Notes: a model not told the origin generated them from the sequence alone. A stretch of DNA of 64,000 nucleotides from Octopus sinensis (GCF_006345805.1 NC_043016.1:13206001-13270000); one strand, 5' to 3'; positions 47,941-62,091 are shown, numbered from the stretch's first letter. Numbers and translations: made by a program.

Positions 47941-48748
47941 ATCTTTTCGATTTGAACGGCAGCTTTTTAAAATAATTTCTAGGTAACTAAAACATTTTAA
48001 ACTTCATATACTGGTAGAATGTGTTTATAAAAAATCATTTTCTCTTGGCTTTCTTGAGAAAATTCTGTAGTTTGTAACATATTTCGTCTTTAATTTCTTG
48101 CATTTCTGCAATTTCAACCAATCAATGACCGTCTATTGAGGTGAAAGCATTCTGTGCCGCATGAATATGTCCCTCGTTTAAGAAAGAGATTGGGTTTATT
48201 TACATTTGTGAAGAAAAAAGATACCCTTCACCCCACCCCTAAGCCTAAGCCTAAGGCTAACCCTAAAACAGATTGAAATGCAATAGATCGATACTAGGGT
48301 CATAATTATGGGTGACAATTTCATATGACACCGCTAGAGAAAATGGCAGTTTTTTCTAGCGGTGTCATATGAAATTGTCACCCATAATTATGACCCTAGT
48401 ATCGATCTATTGCATTTTAATCTATTTTAGATTTAGGGTTAGTTAAGGTTAGAGGTGGGGGAAGGGTATCTTTTTTTCTTCACAAATGTAAATAAACCCA
48501 ATCTCTTTCTTAAACGAGGGACATATTCATGCGGCACAGAATGCTTTCACCTCAATAGACGGTCATTGATTGGTTGAAATTGCCGAAATGCAAGAAATTA
48601 AAGACGAAATATGTTACAAAATACAGAATTTTCTCAAGAAGCCAGAGAAAATGATTTTTTATAACATATTCTACCAGTATACGAAGTTTAACATTTTTTA
48701 GTTACCTAGAAATTATGTTAAAAACTGCTGCTCAAACTGAAAAGATCC
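47939..48748. mobile_element. 810-bp fold-back (palindromic) MITE in a (TA)n tract
   Basis: ~400-bp arms from GGATCTTTTC to GAAAAGATCC with a 6-nt centre at 48344-48349. Confidence 0.93.
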
Positions 48749-48945
48749 ATATATATATATATATATAATATATATATATAATATATATATATATATAACT
48801 TATAAAATAAGGGCAAGAGAAAAATTCTAATGCAAAATATGCCGAAAAAGGCAAAATTGTCAATAACCATTATAATTATGCATCTCAAAACATGCCGGCC
48901 ATTGATAAAATTTCTTTTTCGAAAAAAATCTTATCCTACATTAGT

Positions 48946-48988
<43 letters not shown>

Positions 48989-49610
48989 AATAATTCTTTT
49001 ATTCTTTTACTTGTTTCAGTCATTTGACTGAGGCCATGCTAAAGCATTGCCTTTAGTCAAGCAAATCTTTGTAAGCCTAGTACTTATTATATTGGTCTAT
49101 TTTGCCAAACCACTAAGTTACAGGAATGTAAACACACTAGCTTCGGTTGTCAAGCAATGTTGGGCAGACAAATACAGACACACAAACATATACCTGGACA
49201 TACACACACAAACACACACACATGCACATATATATGATAGGCTTCCACCCAATTTCTATCTGCCAAATTCAAAAAGTAGTCAGCTCAAGACTATAGCAGG
49301 AGAACCTTACCTGAGGTACCATGTAGTAGGACTGAACCCCAAACCTCATGGTTACAAAGTAAACCTCTTTAGCCACACATCTATGCCTGCACTTATTAAT
49401 AAATCTTTAAAATAATTTTTTTTTTATTTCCTTTTGAGGATAATAATGACATTAATTAGTAATCATTTGGAATGACTAACAGAATTCATTAAGGTTTTGA
49501 GTGATTGTCATCTCTTTGTTTAGAGAATTAAACCAGCTATGACATGGAAGTCATCATCACCATCACCACCACCACCACCACCACCATCATCATCACCATC
49601 ACCGTCATCG

Positions 49611-49662
<52 letters not shown>

Positions 49663-49699
49663 TATCATCATCATCATCATCATCGTCATTATCATTATT

Positions 49700-50060
49700 A
49701 AGGTGGCAAGCTCGGAGAATAGTTAGCATGCCGGGCAAAATGCTTAAGCTGGTATTTTGCCTGTCTTTACATTCTGAGTTCAAATTCCGCCGAGGTTGAC
49801 TTTACCTATCATCCTTTCAGGGTCCAAAAATTAAGTACCAGTGAAACACTGGGGTCGATGTAATCGACTAGTTTCCCTCCTACCAAGTTTCAGGTCTTGT
49901 GCCTGGAGTAGAAAGGATTATTAATACTCTGAGTTCAAGTTCCGCTCAAGTCAACTTTGCCTTCCGCCCTTTCAAGGTTGATGAATTAAGTAACAGTCGA
50001 GTACTGGGGTCAACATGATCAACTAGCCCCTTCCCCAAAAATTTCAGGCCTTGTGCCTAT
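49700..50060 (+). mobile_element. Two tandem family-A SINEs with tail A2
   Basis: GTTCAAATTCCGCCGAGG core; tail CAGG.CTTGTGCCT..AGTAGAAAGG. Confidence 0.8.
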
Positions 50061-50064
50061 AATA

Positions 50065-50538
50065 CAGTGGTTCTAAAGCAGGGTCCAAATTACCTTTTGG
50101 GATCCACATAAGATTTTGTCGTTAAAATTTTATCTACAATAAATTGGTTATACTGCTACAAAACACAAAATATTTAAATTTATCTTTGATCTATTCCATC
50201 TCAGTCACAGATTTTTTAATTAATTTTTTCTTTTTTAACTAAACAGTTTGAAACTTCGAATACTGGTAGAATTTTTCGTATAGAACACAGTTTACTCTGA
50301 ATGTTTTTGACAAAACTTCGTTCTTTTATTTTTTAATTTAATCCCTAATAATATTTAATTATGAAAATATAATATTACATTTATATATTTTATTGGCTAA
50401 ACTGGCAAAATGACCATTACGAAATACAACAATGAAAATATGATAGTATTTTTTAAAACATTAAATGGCTTTGAGGGTCCATCTGAGTAAAACAAAAATC
50501 AAAGGATTCATAGGCAGGAAAATGGTTGAGAAATAGTG
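50065..50538. mobile_element. hAT-like MITE
   Basis: Ends CAGTGGTTCTAAAGC ... GGTTGAGAAATAGTG; TSD not recognisable. Confidence 0.5.
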
Positions 50539-51926
50539 CCACAGCAGAAAGGATTATTATTATTATTACTAATATTATAGTTGTTGTTGTTGTTGTTGTT
50601 GTTGTTATACCAGAGTTCATGGAGGGAGATTTTTTTTTAAATTCTGGATGAAGTTTCCAGATGTTTCTGTTTCCAGGTGCAACAAGTCAAGCATAAAACA
50701 GCTTTATGAGGATTCTGTTTGGTCTTGACTCTGGTATTGTTTGACTTCTCTGTCTCTCTCTCTCCCTCTCCTTCCCTCTCTCCTCCCTCTCCCTCCCTCT
50801 CTCTCTCTCACACACACACACATCTACATTTATGCTTACATACTCACATTCACATGGATGCACACACACACACACATGCAAACACACACACTCACACACA
50901 ACTGTCAAACATGAAGGGACATGTCTAAGAAAATTATCTTTCGTTAGAGACCTATCTCTTTCTTTTCTTTTTTTTTTTTTTCACAATTTACTAAAGACTT
51001 TGTTTTGTTTATGATTTTATTTGTTACATTTTTTTAAAAAAATTCTTTTCACTTACAGGAAATGAAAATACTGTATTCTATCAAATGTTTTTTTTTTGTT
51101 GTTTATTTCTTTGATTTAGATAATGAAAGGGACAAACATGAAAATGAATAAATAAACATTGTCGGATTATAAAATTCTATTGTTTGTTTTATTCCTGGCC
51201 AATCCCTGACACTTTTCATAACAAACCACTTCAAACATGTCAGCCACCTGCCTTTGGCTTTCAGAGCTTCGCTTTCCACCTTTCATCCTTCGAAATGCTT
51301 GTTGTGGGTTGTAATTACATTGCTCTTTTTTTTTTCACATTGTTTGAAGTTCAAATCCTGCAAAAAGTTAATATTTATCTTTCATCTTTATAGGACTGAT
51401 AAAATCACCTCAGTCACTTGCCACCACCACCACCACCACCACCACCACTACCATAATCATTATCATCATTTAACGTCCAGTTTCCATGCTGGCATGGGTA
51501 GGATGGTTTGATGGGATCCAGCAAGCTGTAATAATAATAATAAAACATTGTGTACAGTGCTCAGGTGCACTACAACTCATCTAAAGTGTATGTATAATCA
51601 GGTGTAGTTTCGGCAGATTTCGGAAAGCATGAGGGCCTTAAAGGATGCAGTGTCATGGCAGTCGGCTGCATCAAACTCTGCTGTCAGATTTGGCATTGTT
51701 TCTATCATTGGATACTCTTCCTAGCACCAACCTCTTTACAGTCAGTGTGTGCTGGGTGCCTCGTTTCATGCTACTCGGACACTTGTGAGGTGACCAAGTA
51801 ACTTTCATAACAGAAAAAGAAGAGGATGAAGGAAAAAGCCTCTTCGATTAAGCAGAGGTAGTATTTGAGACTCTGCTGAGTGGTGAGAGGTTAAAGTATG
51901 TGAGAGGAGAGATGTCTTGCTATTAA

Positions 51927-52146
51927 CCCTTTCGTTACTGTATTTACTTTGAGATGCTCTGTGTTTCTTTCAATTACTTTAAATATAACAAAGAATTTAG
52001 TAAAATAACTTAGTTATCATGAAGCTAGTGTTAAGAACCTAAATTATGACTAAGCCTTGGTGGAAGATTTTAATTCAAATCTTATGAAAACAAGACATTT
52101 GTACTCAGAGCCAGAGCCGGTTTCAGCCGGGTTGGTAAGGAAAGGG
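51927..52146. mobile_element. piggyBac-type MITE, 220 bp
   Basis: TTAA|CCCTTTCGTTAC ... GTAAGGAAAGGG|TTAA. Confidence 0.88.
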
Positions 52147-52309
52147 TTAAGGAAACACATGGCTAACCCTCGCTGTATAAGGGGTTGTATAATGCATAAG
52201 GAAATATGGTGTCCTTACCAGCAATTAATATATATGTACAAGTTGTCATAAATGTGTTTAATATTTAACATTGGTCTATCCAATTGCAGTTCACTGCCAG
52301 TTGCTGTTT

Positions 52310-52975
52310 AAGGTGGTGAGCTCGCAGAATCATTAGCACACTGGAAGAAATGCTTTGCAGTATTTTGCCCATCACTCTGAGTTCTGAGTTCAAAATCCGC
52401 TGAGGTTGACTTTGCCTTTCATCCTTTCAGGGTTGATAAATTAAGTACCAGTTGCGTACTGGAGGTAATCTAATCGACTGGCCCTCCCCCCCCCCGAAAT
52501 TTCAGGCCTTGTGAAAGGATTTAAGCAATTAGTTTCTCGATGGTTAATGGTTAATGGATGTGGTACTGAAGAAGGAGCAAAGCCTTCTGAAATATGCATA
52601 TACACCCATCACCTATTTTCACTGTGTGGAGGTGCAATGGCCCAGTGGTTAGGGCAGTGGACTTGCAGTCATAGGATCACGGTTTCGATTCCCAGACCGG
52701 GCATTGTGAGTGTTTATTGAGTGAAAACACCTAAAGCTCTATGAAGCTCCAGCAGGGGGTGGTGGTGAGCCCTGCTGTACTCTTTCACCACAACTTTCTC
52801 TCACTCTTTCTTCCTGTTTCTCTTGTACCAGTGTCATGTTGAATATCCCAGAGAACTACGTTAAGGGTACACGTCTGTGGAATGCTCAGCCACTTGCAAG
52901 TTAATTTCATGAGCATGCTGTTCCATTGATCAGATCAACTGGAACCCTCATCATCATAACCGACGGAGTGCCACA
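52310..52975 (+). mobile_element. SINE family A2 (52310-52520) and SINE family E (52625-52975)
   Basis: Family cores recognisable; CpG-decayed. Confidence 0.78.
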
Positions 52976-53984
52976 TATTTACTGTTTTTGATTGCAATGT
53001 TTACATACACATATTTGTATAGGAAATGTTGTAACTTCCAGAGCTGGTTCTAGTTTCAATAAAAATTCTGTAGCAATACACTTTAAAAAGATGTTAGTGA
53101 TAGGGTACCATAGCAAACTCTCATGCCAGTAGAGAGGATATGGAGAGTGGGTTGTGGGAGTGGTTTCATATGAGTATGAGGGCGGAGTGACAGATGGTTA
53201 GAGATAGAGGCAGAGATGAATGTAGTGAATAATAAACAAGAGTGGAGATGTGGTCAATGGGAAATACCAGTATGTTGGTGATTAAATGATGAAAAGAGAT
53301 AAGATCTAAAAAAAAAAATAAAGAAAAAAAACCCAACAATTCTGACTAGAGAAAATAAGGGGTAAGAATTGTCACACTTCACTAAATTATCATAAGTAAT
53401 TGAAAGTAATTAAAATTGCATTTCTTAATCTTTTATTTTGTTGTTGGATGTCCAGCTATGACAGTTGGATGCTTATCGCTGGATCCCTCCCACAAAATAT
53501 ATGGCTATAACTAATTTCAAAATAAATATAAAAATGTTTATTATTTTACATGTAAAAAAAAAAAAAGTAATGGTTGGGTAGAATCGTTAGTGCTTCAAAC
53601 AAAGAAAACTTGGTGGTATTTTTTCCAACTCTTTACATTTTGAGTTCAAATCCCACTGAGATCAACTTTGTCTTTTCACTTTTTGGGGGTTGATAAAATA
53701 AAGTAGCAGTCAATTTATGGTGGGGTCAATATAATCAAATTGCTAACACCCCATCAAAATTACTGATCTTGTGCCAAATTTATTTTACTTATAAACGTAT
53801 GCTTAAATGTGATTAAAGAATGAATAATTAAGTTAGCAGAGAGTGTTCATTGATGTGATCCTTGTTACTGAGGACCAACAGCAGTTTTTTGCAGAATTTG
53901 GTTCCAGCTTCAATAAAAGAAATCTCTATGCTGAACTATTTTCTATTCAATTTCTAATCCAGGTCAAAGTTTATATTCATCTCT

Positions 53985-54440
53985 TTATTGCCCACAGCGG
54001 GGTAAACATAGATGGGACAAACAAGGACAGACAAAGAGACTAAGTCAATTACATTGACACCAAAGCATAACTGGTACTTATTTAATCGACGCCGGAAAGG
54101 ATGAAAGGCAAAGTTAACCTCAGTAGAATTTGAACTCAGAACATAATGGCAGATGAAATACCACTAGGTATTTCCTCCAGCATGCTAATGAATCTGCCAA
54201 ATCACTGCCTTTAAATATACTTTTTTCTTCTCTAGGTACAAGGCCTGAAATTTTTTTTTGGGGGGGGCAGTCGATTAGATCAACCCTAGTATTACAACTG
54301 GTACTTAATTTATCAACCCTGAAAGGTTGAACAGCAAAGTCAACCTCGGCAGAATTTGAACTCAGAATGTAACAGCAGACGAAATACCACTAAATATTTC
54401 GCCTGGTGTGCTAACAATTTTACCAGCTTGCTGCCCTGTC
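53985..54440 (-). mobile_element. Two family-A SINEs (tails A1 and A2)
   Basis: GAATTTGAACTCAGAA at ~54127 and ~54353. Confidence 0.85.
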
Positions 54441-54777
54441 AAACTTTATATTACTCTGCTAAAACCTTCCCCATCTGCATAAATTATTTTTAACTGCTTT
54501 ATGCAAATGAAAACCGACAGTATTCTCTTCTACCAAGGTTTTTGCATATACAGTTAATTTTTATTTTGTTGACCGCATTGCTTTGTATATGAGGTAAATT
54601 TGTGTTCTTGCAGTTGTGTATCCTGGTTGCACTTTGTGTCATAAATGTCAGCTAAGCTAGCCATGATTCCACCAGAGAAATCAATGTCATTTGCTAGTCG
54701 GTCATCATGATTTATAAGTAAAAATTCAGTAAAAGTGTTGGAAAGTGTCATAATGAAACGAAAAAAAAAAACTATAC

Positions 54778-55188
54778 AGGCGCAGGAGTGGCTGTGTGGT
54801 AAGTAGCTTGCTAACCAACCACATGGTTCCGGGTTCAGTCCCACTGCATGGCATCTCGGGCAAGTGTCTTCTGCTATAGCCCCGGGCCGACCAATGCCTT
54901 GTGAGTGGATTTGGTAGACGGAAACTGAAAGAAGCCTGTCGTATATATATATATATATATATGTGTGTATATGTTTGTGTGTCTGTGTTTGTCCCCCTAG
55001 CATTGCTTGACAACCGATGCTGGTGTGTTTACGTCCCCGTCACTTAGCGGTTCGGCAAAAAAGAGACCGATAGAATAAGTACTGGGCTTACAAAGAATAA
55101 GTCCCGGGGTCGATTTGGTCGACTAAAGGCAGTGCTCCAGCATGGCCGCAGTCAAATGACTGAAACAAGTAAAAGAGTAAAAGAGTAT
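54778..55188 (+). mobile_element. SINE family B, full length, least decayed copy
   Basis: Most CpGs retained; (TAAAAGAG)2 tail. Confidence 0.93.
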
Positions 55189-55439
55189 ACAAAAGCATCC
55201 CATCCACTATATCCCTATATTGTGTGCATAAATTCAATAGGGGAAGCCATCATTGTACTTTATTATTGACTAGTTGTAATGAAAATCAAATTGTTTTATT
55301 TAGTTTAAGCATCAATTTTACTGTCCAAACACACAAATTTATACCAGACCACAATTATTATAGACTAGCTGACCCCGTGCTGTCAAAAATGATGGCTAAT
55401 TGTAGTATTTCATATATAAATGAGGTACATAATAATTAC

Positions 55440-55466
55440 AGATACAAACATATATACGTATGTATG

Positions 55467-55500
<34 letters not shown>

Positions 55501-55760
55501 TGTGTGTGTATGTATGTATGTATGTATGTGTGTATGTATGTATGTATGTATGTATGTATGTATGGATGGATGGATGGATATATATGTATGCATGTATGTA
55601 GATATGTATGTATTTATGTGTGTATGTATGTATGTATGAATGTATGTATGTATGTATGTATGTATGTATGTATGTATGTACGTACGTATGTATGTATATA
55701 TGTACAATGTATGTATGTATGTATGTATGAATGATTGTATGTATATACACACACGTAGAC
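55440..55760. repeat. (GTAT)n tetranucleotide microsatellite
   Basis: Read directly. Confidence 0.95.
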
Positions 55761-56237
55761 ACACATACACATATGCATGGAGAAAGCATTTAGTAAGACG
55801 TGCAGAACTATTACAGATAATTGAGTGACACATGGTCTAAGCCAACAGAAGATGCTGCTTATGTTCACAGAAAAACGAACCTGTACACGCAAACGCATCT
55901 ACTCATGAGCATACGCATTAGGCGTATGAACTTACATACGCACACATGTGTATGTATGTTTGTGCGTTTGTAAGTATTACATATAAATGGCACTTATTGA
56001 CCCCACCAAAAGGATGAAAGGCGAAGTTGACCAAGAAGAAACTTGAACTCAGAATGCAGTGAACTGGAACAAATATTGCAAGGCAGTTCAATACGACCTA
56101 ATGATTCTGATAATATGAGTGTGTGTGAGTCTATGCATGTATGTATCTATGTAATTATGTATGTACATATATGCATATGTACACACACATATATATATGT
56201 ATGTATACATATATATATATATATATATATATCTATA

Positions 56238-56292
<55 letters not shown>

Positions 56293-57529
56293 CACATATA
56301 TGTACTTATGTATGTACATATACATAGTATATATACATATATCATATATATAATAAATCATCATCATCATCGTTTAATGTGCGTTTTCCATGGTGGCATG
56401 GGTTGGATGGTTTGACTGAGGACTGCACCTGGCTCCAATCTGATCTGATAATATTTCTACAGCTTGATGCCTTTCCTAATGCCAACCACTCCAAGAGTAT
56501 AGTGGGTGCTTTTTGCATGCCACCAGCATGGGAGCCAGTCAGGTGGCCCTGGTTTTGACCACGTACGGATAATGCCTTTTACATGCCGCTGGCATGGGAG
56601 CCAGTCAAGGGGTACTGGCATCAGCCACGTTCAGACGGTGCTTTTTACATACCATATCCTTTTTCTTTTATTCTTTTACTTGTTTCAGTTATTTGACTGT
56701 GGCCATGTTGGAGTACCACCTTTACTCGAACAAATCAACCCCAGAACTTCTTTGAAAGTCTAGTACTTATTATGTACACACACACATACACATATATATA
56801 TGTATGTATACATATTTGTAAGTATATATATATGTGTGTGTTTGTATACTTATATATATATATATGTATATGGACAGGGGAACATTTGGACAGAGAATTA
56901 TGTAGCTCATCCATTGATGAAGAGTGCACTCATGCACTTAACTGATGCAAATTTCAGGACTCAGTGAACATGATGGCCCAAATGCACATTGCAAGCCCAG
57001 GATCCCATTGTACTGGGACCCTGTCTAGTTAAGTGTGAATCTTAAGGTACAGGCATGGTTGTGTGATTAAGACAATTGCTCAGGTTCAATTCCATTATGC
57101 CCCAGGTCAACCAAAAGCTTTGTGAGTGAATTTGGTAGATGGTAACTGAAAGAAGTCATTGTATAAAGGTTAAGGGCCCTTTCAATTATGAATAACCATA
57201 AGTTTGCACATAGAAACTTCACCTCCAAGCATAAGTCTTGTTTATGGAAGACCAGAAGTCACCCATGCATACCAGCCCTCTCCTCTCCCCACCACATATG
57301 TTACCAAAGAGAAAAGCAAAGGCTGATACAGCTTGGCACCAGTGATGTTGCAACTCATTTCTACAGCTGAGTTAATTGGAACAACAAGAAACAAAGCGTC
57401 TTGCTCAAGAATACAACACACAACCTGGTCCAAGAATTGAACTTGCTACCTTATAGTTGTGAGCCTGACATGTGCCTTCACTTGGATAGAGAATTATATA
57501 TATATATATTTGTATATATATATATCTCA

Positions 57530-57835
57530 TCATCATCATCGTTTAGCGTCCGCTTTCCATGCTGGCATGGGTTGGATGGTGCAACTGGGGTCTGGGAAGC
57601 CAGAAGGCTGCACCAGGCCCAGTTTGATCTGGCAATGTTTCTACGGCTGGATGCCCTTCCTAACGCCAACCACTCCATGAGTGTAGTGGGTGCTTTTTAC
57701 GTGCCACCTGCACAGGTGCCAGACAAGTCTGGCAAACGGCCACGGTCGGTTGATGCTTTTTACGTGCCACCGGCACGGAGGCCAGGTGAGGCTGGCAACG
57801 GCCACGATCGGATGGTGCTTTTTATGTGCCACCGT
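57530..57835 (-). mobile_element. RTE 3'-end copy with tandem units
   Basis: Matches 23865-24110. Confidence 0.88.
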
Positions 57836-57843
57836 AATATATT

Positions 57844-57879
<36 letters not shown>

Positions 57880-57888
<9 letters not shown>

Positions 57889-58090
57889 TGTGACCACGTG
57901 TGTATCGTTGGTGATTTTTTTTCCTCTGTCTTCCCTTCCTTGGATCTTTCTTTTTCCTATGTTTCTCACGAAGAGCTCCGCTTGAAACTCCTTCTTTCTT
58001 TCCTTTCCTGAGCGTCCAATAACACTATACTTGTTCCATGTCCTCGTGTTGTGTTTTCTCTTTGTGTTTTCATGTTTGGATTAACTATAT
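57880..58090 (+). mobile_element. Penelope-like repeat with degenerate hammerhead (CTCACGA...TGAAAC at 57961-57990)
   Basis: Reverse complement of 9540-9725. Confidence 0.7.
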
Positions 58091-58329
58091 CTATCTATCT
58101 ATCTATACATATATATATATATAACCATATAGTATACAAAGACAAAGCAAAAAAAAAAACATAAACATGTGGTAACAAAACAAAGAAACAGGATGGAAAA
58201 TTGGAAGAACTCTTTAATATTTGGAGCATATGCCTCTTGTGTGTGTGTGTGTGTGTGTATTTGTTCTCTCTTGTTAACTACATCAGATGCTTCTTATGCC
58301 CAATTTTTCTCTCAACACATTTTAAACAA

Positions 58330-58362
<33 letters not shown>

Positions 58363-58588
58363 CACACAGACACACACACACATTAGTACTACTTAATAGA
58401 TATAGCAGAAACGTTTTATCTTCTGCTGGTCTTTGTCCCTCAATTCTGTTTTTATATTTCTATCAATTCCTTTATCTATCGGGTTTTGTTTACTGTAGCA
58501 CATCTATCAATTCTTTCATTATTTCTCTTAACATCTGGCCCTGCATCTATAGTGAGTGTGTGTGTGTGTGCGTGCGTGCGTGTGTGTG

Positions 58589-58622
<34 letters not shown>

Positions 58623-58657
58623 GTGTGTGTGTGTTTATATGTGTTTGTGTGTTTATA

Positions 58658-58696
<39 letters not shown>

Positions 58697-59644
58697 GTAT
58701 ATGTGTGTGTGTGTGTACATTCAACTATATATTTATGGCCAATGTTTTGGTAAATGAATTAATACAAATGTATAAATGTGGAAGACAAAGAGAGAAGGGG
58801 AAGAGGGAAAAGGAGAGAGAAAGAGAGAGAGAAGGGGGAGAAAGGGAGAGGAGAAAAAGGAGAGAGAGAGAGAGAAGGGTAGAGAAAAGGGGAGGAGAGA
58901 GAGAGTGAAAGAAACAGTAGAGTATATGTATCTATCTGTCTGTCTATCTATCTATCCATTTCTCTCTCTCTCTGTCTCACCCTTTATATATAAACGTGTG
59001 TATGTGGATGTGTGTGTGTGTGTGTATTTGCACACATGTCTGTGTGCATGTATGTGTGTGTGTTCATTATAACAAAAAAAGTGACAGTTTGCCTGAGTTT
59101 TATTTAGCAGCTGATCACAACTGTCTCATTTTGATATGATAAGTCTTCCCAATCAACGCCAGGTATTGAATTCTCTATCATATAACGAGAAATCTTGAAT
59201 CTTGAGATTATCTCCACCTTCTCATATGGAGATGGTTTTAATTGCCATTTGGTAGTTATGACACTTCTCTTAGAGGCAGCAATAATATCAATAAATCAAG
59301 AATTTATGTTGTATAGTATTTGATATACCTGTATTTGTCCATGTTATTGTTCAAAGACATGCCATTGGCATTTTTTAGTTATTTCTCTTAAAATAACTGC
59401 TTAAATTATGCAAAATACCTGTGTTCTTCTCTTTTTGTATAAGTCTTTGTCCATTGGTTGTTAAACATAAGGTCAGACAATTTCTCTTTATTCTAGGCAC
59501 AAGGCCTGAAATTGTCTAGCTGATGACAGTTATTGAGTCAGAAACACATGCCCATGACTCTCCAGCTGTCCTCTTATCTCCAGACAATAAGCATATCCTT
59601 TCCCTGGATGGTATGTAAACTTTGGAGAATTCTTGAATTTTTCT

Positions 59645-60040
59645 TTTATTCTTTTACTTGTTTCAGTCATTTGACTGCGGCCATGCTGGAGCACCACCTT
59701 TAATCGAGCAAATCGATCCCAGGACTTATTCTTTGTAAGACTAGTACTTATTCTATCAGTCTCTTTTGCTGAACCGCTATGTTATGGGGACATAAACACA
59801 CCAGCATCAGTTGTCAAGCGTTGTTGGGGGGACAAACACAGGCAAACAAACATATACACTCATACATATATATATATGACTGGCTTCTTTCAGTTTCCGT
59901 CTACCAAATCCACTCACAAGGCTTTGGTCGGCCTGAAGCTATAGTAAAAGACACTTGCCCAAGGTGCCACGCAGTGGGACTGAACCCAGAACCATGTGGT
60001 TGATAAGCAAGCTACTTACCACATGGCCACTCCTATGCCT
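59645..60040 (-). mobile_element. SINE family B, full length
   Basis: Consensus match; an inverted, diverged partner lies at 60600-60990. Confidence 0.88.
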
Positions 60041-61119
60041 ATGATAATCTTGAGATTATCTCCCCTTCTCAGATGGAGCTGACCTTAATTGGCATTTAGT
60101 AATTATGATTTATCCTCTAGAGATGGCTACATCATCATCATTATCATCATTTAATGTCTGTTTTCCATGCTGGTATGAGTTGGACAGTTTGACTGGAGAT
60201 GGTAAGCCAGAGAGCTGCACCAGGCTCCAGTCTGTTTTGGCTTGGTTTCGACAACTGGATGCCCTTCCTAATGCCAACTACTCCATTTATGTGTCACCAG
60301 CATGTGTGTCTTTTATATGTATTTGTCTATGCTGTTGTTGTTGTGTGTGTGTGTATTAGCTTAACATTGATTTTACCACTCTTGCTGATTTTCTATGGTT
60401 GGATGCCCTTCCTGTCATTAACCCTCACCTATTTTAAAGCGAAGTAAAATTTCCCAATGGCTTGATAAGTTTTCATGGAAGGCTGAAAATGAGTGACCTT
60501 GCTTGTACACATGTTGACATCAAAACAAGAGGACACAAAAATTTGTGCACACATGCATCAATGCATGCATGCACACACACATACCTGTGTGTGTATATGT
60601 GTGCAGGTATGGCTGTGTGGTAAAGTAGTTTGCTTCCCAACCAACCACATGGTTTCAGGTTCAGTCCCACTGCATAGTATCTTTGACTAATGTCTTCTAC
60701 TATAACGTTGAGCTGACAAAAGCCTTGTGGGTGGATTTTGTATGTGGAAACTGTGTGGAAACCTGTTATGCCTTTGTGCTTGTCCTCCGCCACCACCACT
60801 TGACAACTGATGTTGGCTTGGTAACATATCTGTAACTCAGCAGTTCAACTAAAAAGAGACCAACAATATAAGTACCAAGCTCTAAAAAAGATAAGTGCTG
60901 GGGTAACACTTTTTTAACTGAACCCTTCCAGATGGTACCCTGTCACAACTCTAGTGGATTAGCAGAAATGACTAAAGAATGAAAATATATAGTTGTAAAA
61001 ATGAAGGTAAACTGAATACTGATCAGGTTTGCTTAATACATACAGTAACCCCTTGACTATCACAGGTCTTATGTTCCAGACCCCCTCTCCCTCGTGATGG
61101 GTGAAAATCCACAAAGTAG

Positions 61120-61320
61120 AAATGCTTAGCAGTATTTCGTCTGCTGTTATGTTCTGAGTTCAAATTCCACTAAGGTCGACTTTGCCTTTCATCCTTTTGG
61201 GGTCAATAAATTAAGTACCAGTTACGCACTGAGGTCGATGAAATCAACTTAATCCCTATGTCTGTCCTTGTTTGTCCCCTCTGTCTTTAGCCCCTTGTGG
61301 GTAATAAAGAAATAAGAAAC
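61120..61320 (+). mobile_element. SINE family A
   Basis: Core plus A1 tail GCCCCTTGTGGGTAATAAAGAAATAAGAAA. Confidence 0.88.
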
Positions 61321-62053
61321 AGTTCTGTACTGTAAATTTTTCTTATATCTTAATAATTTGTATATATTTATTTTATTATAAATGTAAAACAACACCTCAC
61401 ACCCACAACCCAAGTCTCGTTTCTCATACAGTATGTGTGTTTCTCTGTTTACTCATCAACGGTACACTAAGTATTTGCTTTTAATATATTTTAATTAATG
61501 TGTTATACAGTGCTGTACTGTGACTGTATTTCTATTTATTAATTTGTTAATTTTTAGACGTGAAAATGCTTATTTTATCTCAGAAATAATTAAAATCTGA
61601 AAAAATATAAATACCTATCAGCCACAGAAACCCACAATATACTGAGGAGTCCATGATATGAATTTACATACAATAGCCTGAAAATTCCATGATGTACTGA
61701 GTGTATGATTGGTGAACCGTAATATGGCAAGGGATTATTGTAACGAGAAATGCATCCATTGAGTAAACCTTCCTTACATGAAATATATGTCTTTTATCTA
61801 TTACTTGTTTCAGTCATTGGATAGCAGTCATCTTGAAAATGGGGAAACACCACCTAGAAGAATTTTTAGTAGTCAATGAATTGTTACCAGTTTTTATATT
61901 CTTTTTTTTTTTTAAGCTACATACTTATTGTGTCAGTCATTTTTTGCTAAACTGCTAAGTTACATGGACATTAACACACCAACGCCCGTTATTAAGCAGT
62001 GATGGGGGACAAACACAGACACAAAGACATAGAAATATATATATTTAACAAAA

Positions 62054-62091
62054 CTGTCCGATGAACGGGAACGTGAAGCTTTGAGTAACAG
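62054..62091 (+). ncRNA. Degenerate type-I hammerhead motif
   Basis: CTGT-CCGATGA-ACG-GGAA-CGT-GAA-GCT-TTG-AGT-A-ACAG; U4C and A15.1G changes. Confidence 0.4.

Noticed and set aside
59198-60128. Duplicated exons at 59198-59282 and 60046-60128
   Set aside because: The second copy has a stop and a frameshift; better explained as a small dispersed repeat
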